Assembly: GCF_058153355.1 (NCBI RefSeq)
Contig: NZ_CM177019.1
DNA: 64,000 nucleotides
Reading direction: 5' to 3' (one strand)
Shown: one piece after another, positions 58,872 to 64,000 of the stretch
How the letters are laid out: the number at the start of each line of letters is the position of its first letter
Numbering within the stretch: position 1 is the stretch's first letter
Program-made: the position numbers and the translations under genes
The notes under the pieces: model-generated
The model's database searches: none
Told to the model about the DNA's origin: nothing
The model's input: only the letters and a program-made list of their open reading frames with translations

Positions 58872-61096
58872 TATCGTTCTGCCGTGAAAAGTGTTTGAAT
58901 ATCATCGCGTAACAGCTGAGCGTCGATGTAAATCCAGCCATGAGTCATCACAGTCTGCTGCAATTGCTGCTGCATCAGCCTGACCACCGATTCATTTTGT
59001 TGACGCAGAGCCAGACTTTCGCGTAAACGCGTCTGTAATTCCGTCAAACATGAAGCGAACTCAGCGAAAAAAGTATTCATGCCTGCCGTAACAGATTCAT
59101 CGACCTGCTCTGCCAGAACTTTAGCCATTTGTTGGCAATAAAGATCGACTTCTGCGCTTAATGCTCGTTGCAACGCACTGTAATCAACCGTCTCTATCGG
59201 GGATTTCTCATTTCCCCGTCCCCAGTCGGGCTGATTCAACCAGCGCGAAAAAGTCTCACGCACAACGCCTAAACGCGTGCTCTGCTCGTCCATTGCGTCC
59301 TGGCGCGAAATGACTTCACTGAACAGCTGGCGAGTGTTGAAGTGGGGAACTGCGCCGTGAAAAACAGGAAAATGAAACCCAGGACGAAACCCTGACTCGC
59401 TCAATTCCATTTTGACTTGTTGCTCAATGGGCCGAATAACATCGGTTAACACCCGGCAAAGAGTGGATTCAAGCTCGGCAAAACGCAGCGTAAAGTCGCG
59501 ACTGATGGTGTTCTGCGCCGTCTGTAACAGTGTCTCACAGCAGGTACGAATCTCGCTTAATGACCCCGAATCATCCTGAAACAACGCGGCTAACTGGGCA
59601 TTCACCGCATCTTGCTGTTGACGCAGAAAGAGGTTGGCGGAGGTCAGGGCCAGCTCGATTTCATGTTTAATCTCGCCGCTCACCTGAGCCTGATTGAGTT
59701 GAAATAGCTGCAAACTTTCTTCGATCTGGTGGATATTTTGCCGCAATTGTTCACAAGCGACGTTTAACCCGTGCGCACGAAAATCCAGGTATTCCCGCGC
59801 CTGCTGCGCGTAATTCAACAGTTTATGCGCGGCAGATCGCAGAGCATACAACGAGGCGTTAGCGTAAGCGGCATGAAGCAACGCCTGAATTGGCTGGGCG
59901 AACAGCGAATCTTCCCACAACTGATCGGCAGCATGACGAATATGTTCGAGGTCCGCCAGGTCGGCATGACGCCAGCGCCTGCCGAGCGCGGCATGGGCAA
60001 AATCCTCCACCCAGCGTTGTTGCTCTGGCGCGGGTAACTTACCGTTGTTGGCTAACTCATTACGCGCCCGATTCGCCAGGTAGCCCCACATCGACGACAC
60101 TGGAAATATCTGCTGTGGCGTAATACAGCCTTTCATCAGCGTCCCGGAAATCAGTGCCCGCACCTGGTCGGCGTCGTCACTGTTACGATCCTGTTGATCG
60201 AACTTATTGACCAGCACATACAGCGGCACCGATTGCCCCACCGCCAAAATCGCCTCACGGACCTCTTCATCGGAGATCGATTTCAGTTGCGTATAATCCA
60301 GCACCGCCAGTACCGCCGAGGCGCGAGCCAGCTGCTGGTTAAGCATTTTTTGCAGATGCGGTTGCCCGGCTTCATTTGGCCCAGGGGTATCCAGTAACGT
60401 CAACTGACCGGGATAACTCTCCAGCCCCGCCAGATGGACAAACTCCACTTCAATCACGGGAATATGCTCAATGGCGGCGTAAGCAGAAAAAGGAAAATCG
60501 ACGTCCAGCGCCTTCGCCAGTCGCACCAAATCATTCAAACTTTTCAGACAATGAAAAATAGGCTGGGCACCCAGATAATATTTTTCGAAAGCGACGCCAT
60601 TTTCGATCCGCAGCATAAGCGCACGCATATCTTTATCTATTTCCAGCACATCGGTCAGATGCTTAATATCGCAGTCACGCAGGCGCTGTTGTAATTGTTG
60701 AATTAAACAGTCGATTGGCGCGACATGTGAAAAATGCAGTACCGGTTCTTTTTGCCCGGGCGTATGGCGAATAAGCGTCGGCAGCGCAGTCATTGGGCGA
60801 TTGCGATTAGGCAGAACCTCCGTACCAACAATGGCATTAATGGTGGTTGATTTCCCTGCTTTCATAGTACCGACAATCGCCAGCACCATTTCCAGTCGGG
60901 AAATTTTACGCAACTCATTATTCAGCATCGCGTGACGTTCGGCGATATTAGGCTGACTCCAGGGTAAAGCCAGTTGTGGCGCATCGTCTCCGGGTACAGA
61001 GAGAGGCATTTTTTCCAGTAACTGCAACTGTTGGCGAGAAAGCTGTAACAGGCGTTCAGCCTCCTGACTTAACTCATACAGGGTCTGTGTGTACAT
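58868..61096 (-). CDS. crfC: Dynamin-like GTPase CrfC (YjdA)
   Basis: 742-aa ORF with P-loop GTMKAGKST and DTPG motif; MYTQTLYELSQEAERLLQLSRQQLQLLEKMP…. Confidence 0.93.
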   Translation of the reverse strand: MYTQTLYELSQEAERLLQLSRQQLQLLEKMPLSVPGDDAPQLALPWSQPNIAERHAMLNNELRKISRLEMVLAIVGTMKAGKSTTINAIVGTEVLPNRNRPMTALPTLIRHTPGQKEPVLHFSHVAPIDCLIQQLQQRLRDCDIKHLTDVLEIDKDMRALMLRIENGVAFEKYYLGAQPIFHCLKSLNDLVRLAKALDVDFPFSAYAAIEHIPVIEVEFVHLAGLESYPGQLTLLDTPGPNEAGQPHLQKMLNQQLARASAVLAVLDYTQLKSISDEEVREAILAVGQSVPLYVLVNKFDQQDRNSDDADQVRALISGTLMKGCITPQQIFPVSSMWGYLANRARNELANNGKLPAPEQQRWVEDFAHAALGRRWRHADLADLEHIRHAADQLWEDSLFAQPIQALLHAAYANASLYALRSAAHKLLNYAQQAREYLDFRAHGLNVACEQLRQNIHQIEESLQLFQLNQAQVSGEIKHEIELALTSANLFLRQQQDAVNAQLAALFQDDSGSLSEIRTCCETLLQTAQNTISRDFTLRFAELESTLCRVLTDVIRPIEQQVKMELSESGFRPGFHFPVFHGAVPHFNTRQLFSEVISRQDAMDEQSTRLGVVRETFSRWLNQPDWGRGNEKSPIETVDYSALQRALSAEVDLYCQQMAKVLAEQVDESVTAGMNTFFAEFASCLTELQTRLRESLALRQQNESVVRLMQQQLQQTVMTHGWIYIDAQLLRDDIQTLFTAERY

Positions 61097-61497
61097 AGAA
61101 AATTTTTCCTTAAAGCAAATTTTATTACTTTTATTTAGCCAGATTGTTTTTGAGTTCTGTTTTCGGCTTTTATAATTACTGCAAGAAATAATTTTATATT
61201 TAGAGTGTTGTTTTTTATTAGAATAAATAACGTCTTCCGATACGTTTAAAATGTCAGAAAGATAAAAATATCATTTGAATTAAAAAAAGAACAAGTAGAG
61301 CATTAACCTTATCTTAAATAATAAATGGAGGCAAAAAGATTATTTTCTTTTTGCGTTTCCTTTCAAATGAAAACGATCGTCGTCTAAAATCAGCAGTACC
61401 CCCGACAAACTCAGGGATTTTGTGTATAATTGCGGCCTTTTTCGGCAATCTGCCGTTTTTTGGCGCTTTTGCCCTGCTGACTTTTGAGGAAATCCAC

Positions 61498-61833
61498 ATG
61501 TCATTACCACACTGCCCAAAATGCAACTCCGAATACACCTACGAAGATAACGGCATGTACATCTGCCCGGAATGTGCCTACGAATGGAACGACGCAGAAC
61601 CTGCACAGGAAAGCGATGAACTGATCGTTAAAGATGCAAACGGCAATCTTCTGGCTGATGGCGACAGCGTTACCATCATTAAAGATCTGAAGGTGAAAGG
61701 TAGCTCTTCGATGCTGAAGATCGGTACCAAAGTGAAAAACATTCGCCTGGTTGAAGGCGACCACAACATCGATTGCAAAATCGACGGTTTTGGTCCGATG
61801 AAACTGAAATCTGAGTTTGTGAAAAAGAACTGA
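61498..61833 (+). CDS. phnA: Zinc-ribbon protein PhnA (YjdM), 111 aa
   Basis: [30 protein letters not shown]… with CxxC…CxxC zinc ribbon; ORF-track frame trimmed to this Met. Confidence 0.93.
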
Positions 61834-61865
61834 TTGTATTGCTCAATGTAATATTGGCACATGAT

Positions 61866-63170
<1,305 letters not shown>

Positions 63171-63200
63171 CATGCCTGCAATCTGGGAAACCGGGGTAGA

Positions 63201-63292
<92 letters not shown>

Positions 63293-63352
63293 GCTCATCT
63301 GTATAATTTTCGAACTACACTTAACTGGCTTCTCTTAACTGAGGTCACCATC

Positions 63353-63796
63353 ATGCCGTTAAGTCCCTACCTCTCTTTTGCCGGTAACTGTTCCGACGCG
63401 ATTGCCTATTATCAACGTACGTTGGGCGCGGAACTGCTCTATAAAATCAGCTTCGGCGAAATGCCGAAATCAGCGCAGGACAGCGCCGAGAACTGCCCTT
63501 CCGGTATGCAATTTCCCGATACCGCTATCGCCCATGCTAACGTGCGTATTGCCGGAAGCGATATCATGATGAGCGATGCCATACCGTCAGGAAAAGCCAG
63601 CTACTCCGGTTTTACACTGGTACTCGATTCGCAACAGGTCGAAGAAGGAAAACGCTGGTTTGACAACCTTGCCGCTAACGGAAAAATCGAAATGGCCTGG
63701 CAGGAAACTTTCTGGGCGCATGGCTTCGGCAAAGTCACCGATAAATTTGGCGTACCGTGGATGATTAATGTCGTCAAACAACAACCAACGCACTAA
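63353..63796 (+). CDS. phnB: PhnB (YjdN), glyoxalase/bleomycin-resistance-fold protein
   Basis: 147-aa ORF MPLSPYLSFAGNCSDAIAYYQRTLGAELLYKISFGEMPKSAQDSAEN…. Confidence 0.93.
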   Translation: MPLSPYLSFAGNCSDAIAYYQRTLGAELLYKISFGEMPKSAQDSAENCPSGMQFPDTAIAHANVRIAGSDIMMSDAIPSGKASYSGFTLVLDSQQVEEGKRWFDNLAANGKIEMAWQETFWAHGFGKVTDKFGVPWMINVVKQQPTH

Positions 63797-63928
63797 CCCG
63801 CCGGGAGGCCCGCCCTCCCGCACTGTCATCGAATTCCCGTTAACTCTTCATCTGTTAGTCACTTTTAGTTAACAAAATCGTCACGATAATCCGCCACGAT
63901 GGAGCCACTTTTTTAGGGAGGCTGCATC

Positions 63929-64000
63929 ATGCAAACGATTATCCGTGTCGAGAAGCTCGCCAAAACCTTCAATCAGCATCAGGCGCTGCACGCGGTTGAT
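63929..64000 (+). CDS. phnC: Phosphonate ABC transporter ATP-binding protein PhnC, N-terminal 24 codons (3' end outside window)
   Basis: ATG at 63929; MQTIIRVEKLAKTFNQHQALHAVD…; GGAGG RBS upstream. Confidence 0.8.
   Translation, partial: MQTIIRVEKLAKTFNQHQALHAVD

Overview
This 64-kb window is Escherichia coli chromosome, covering mscM–epmA–frdABCD–ampC–blc–gdx–ecnAB–efp–epmB–groSL–aspA–dcuA–cutA–dsbD–pheU–cadCBA–dtpC–lysU–ghoST–dcuSR–dcuB–fumB–melAR–adiAYC–eptA–basRS–proP–crfC–phnAB. Gene order is inverted relative to MG1655 numbering. About 60 conserved genes were identified from their translated sequences, with starts trimmed where the ORF track over-extends. All comparisons to K-12 are from memory, not from a database search. 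Three departures from the K-12 layout stand out. (1) A complete IS621 (IS110-family) element with its 5' non-coding bridge-RNA gene sits in a REP palindrome between phnA and phnB. (2) A 2.47-kb IS66-family element (tnpA/tnpB/tnpC, imperfect terminal inverted repeats, 8-bp AGATAAAC target duplication) splits the type V toxin gene ghoT and leaves the antitoxin gene ghoS intact. (3) melB is absent: melA and yjdF converge and their stop codons overlap. Small genes below the ORF-track cutoff (ecnA, ecnB, pmrR, ghoT) and several regulatory signals were located by direct reading. The window has one tRNA (pheU) and no rRNA, CRISPR array or prophage. The bridge-RNA system is already published, so it is notable here but not new.
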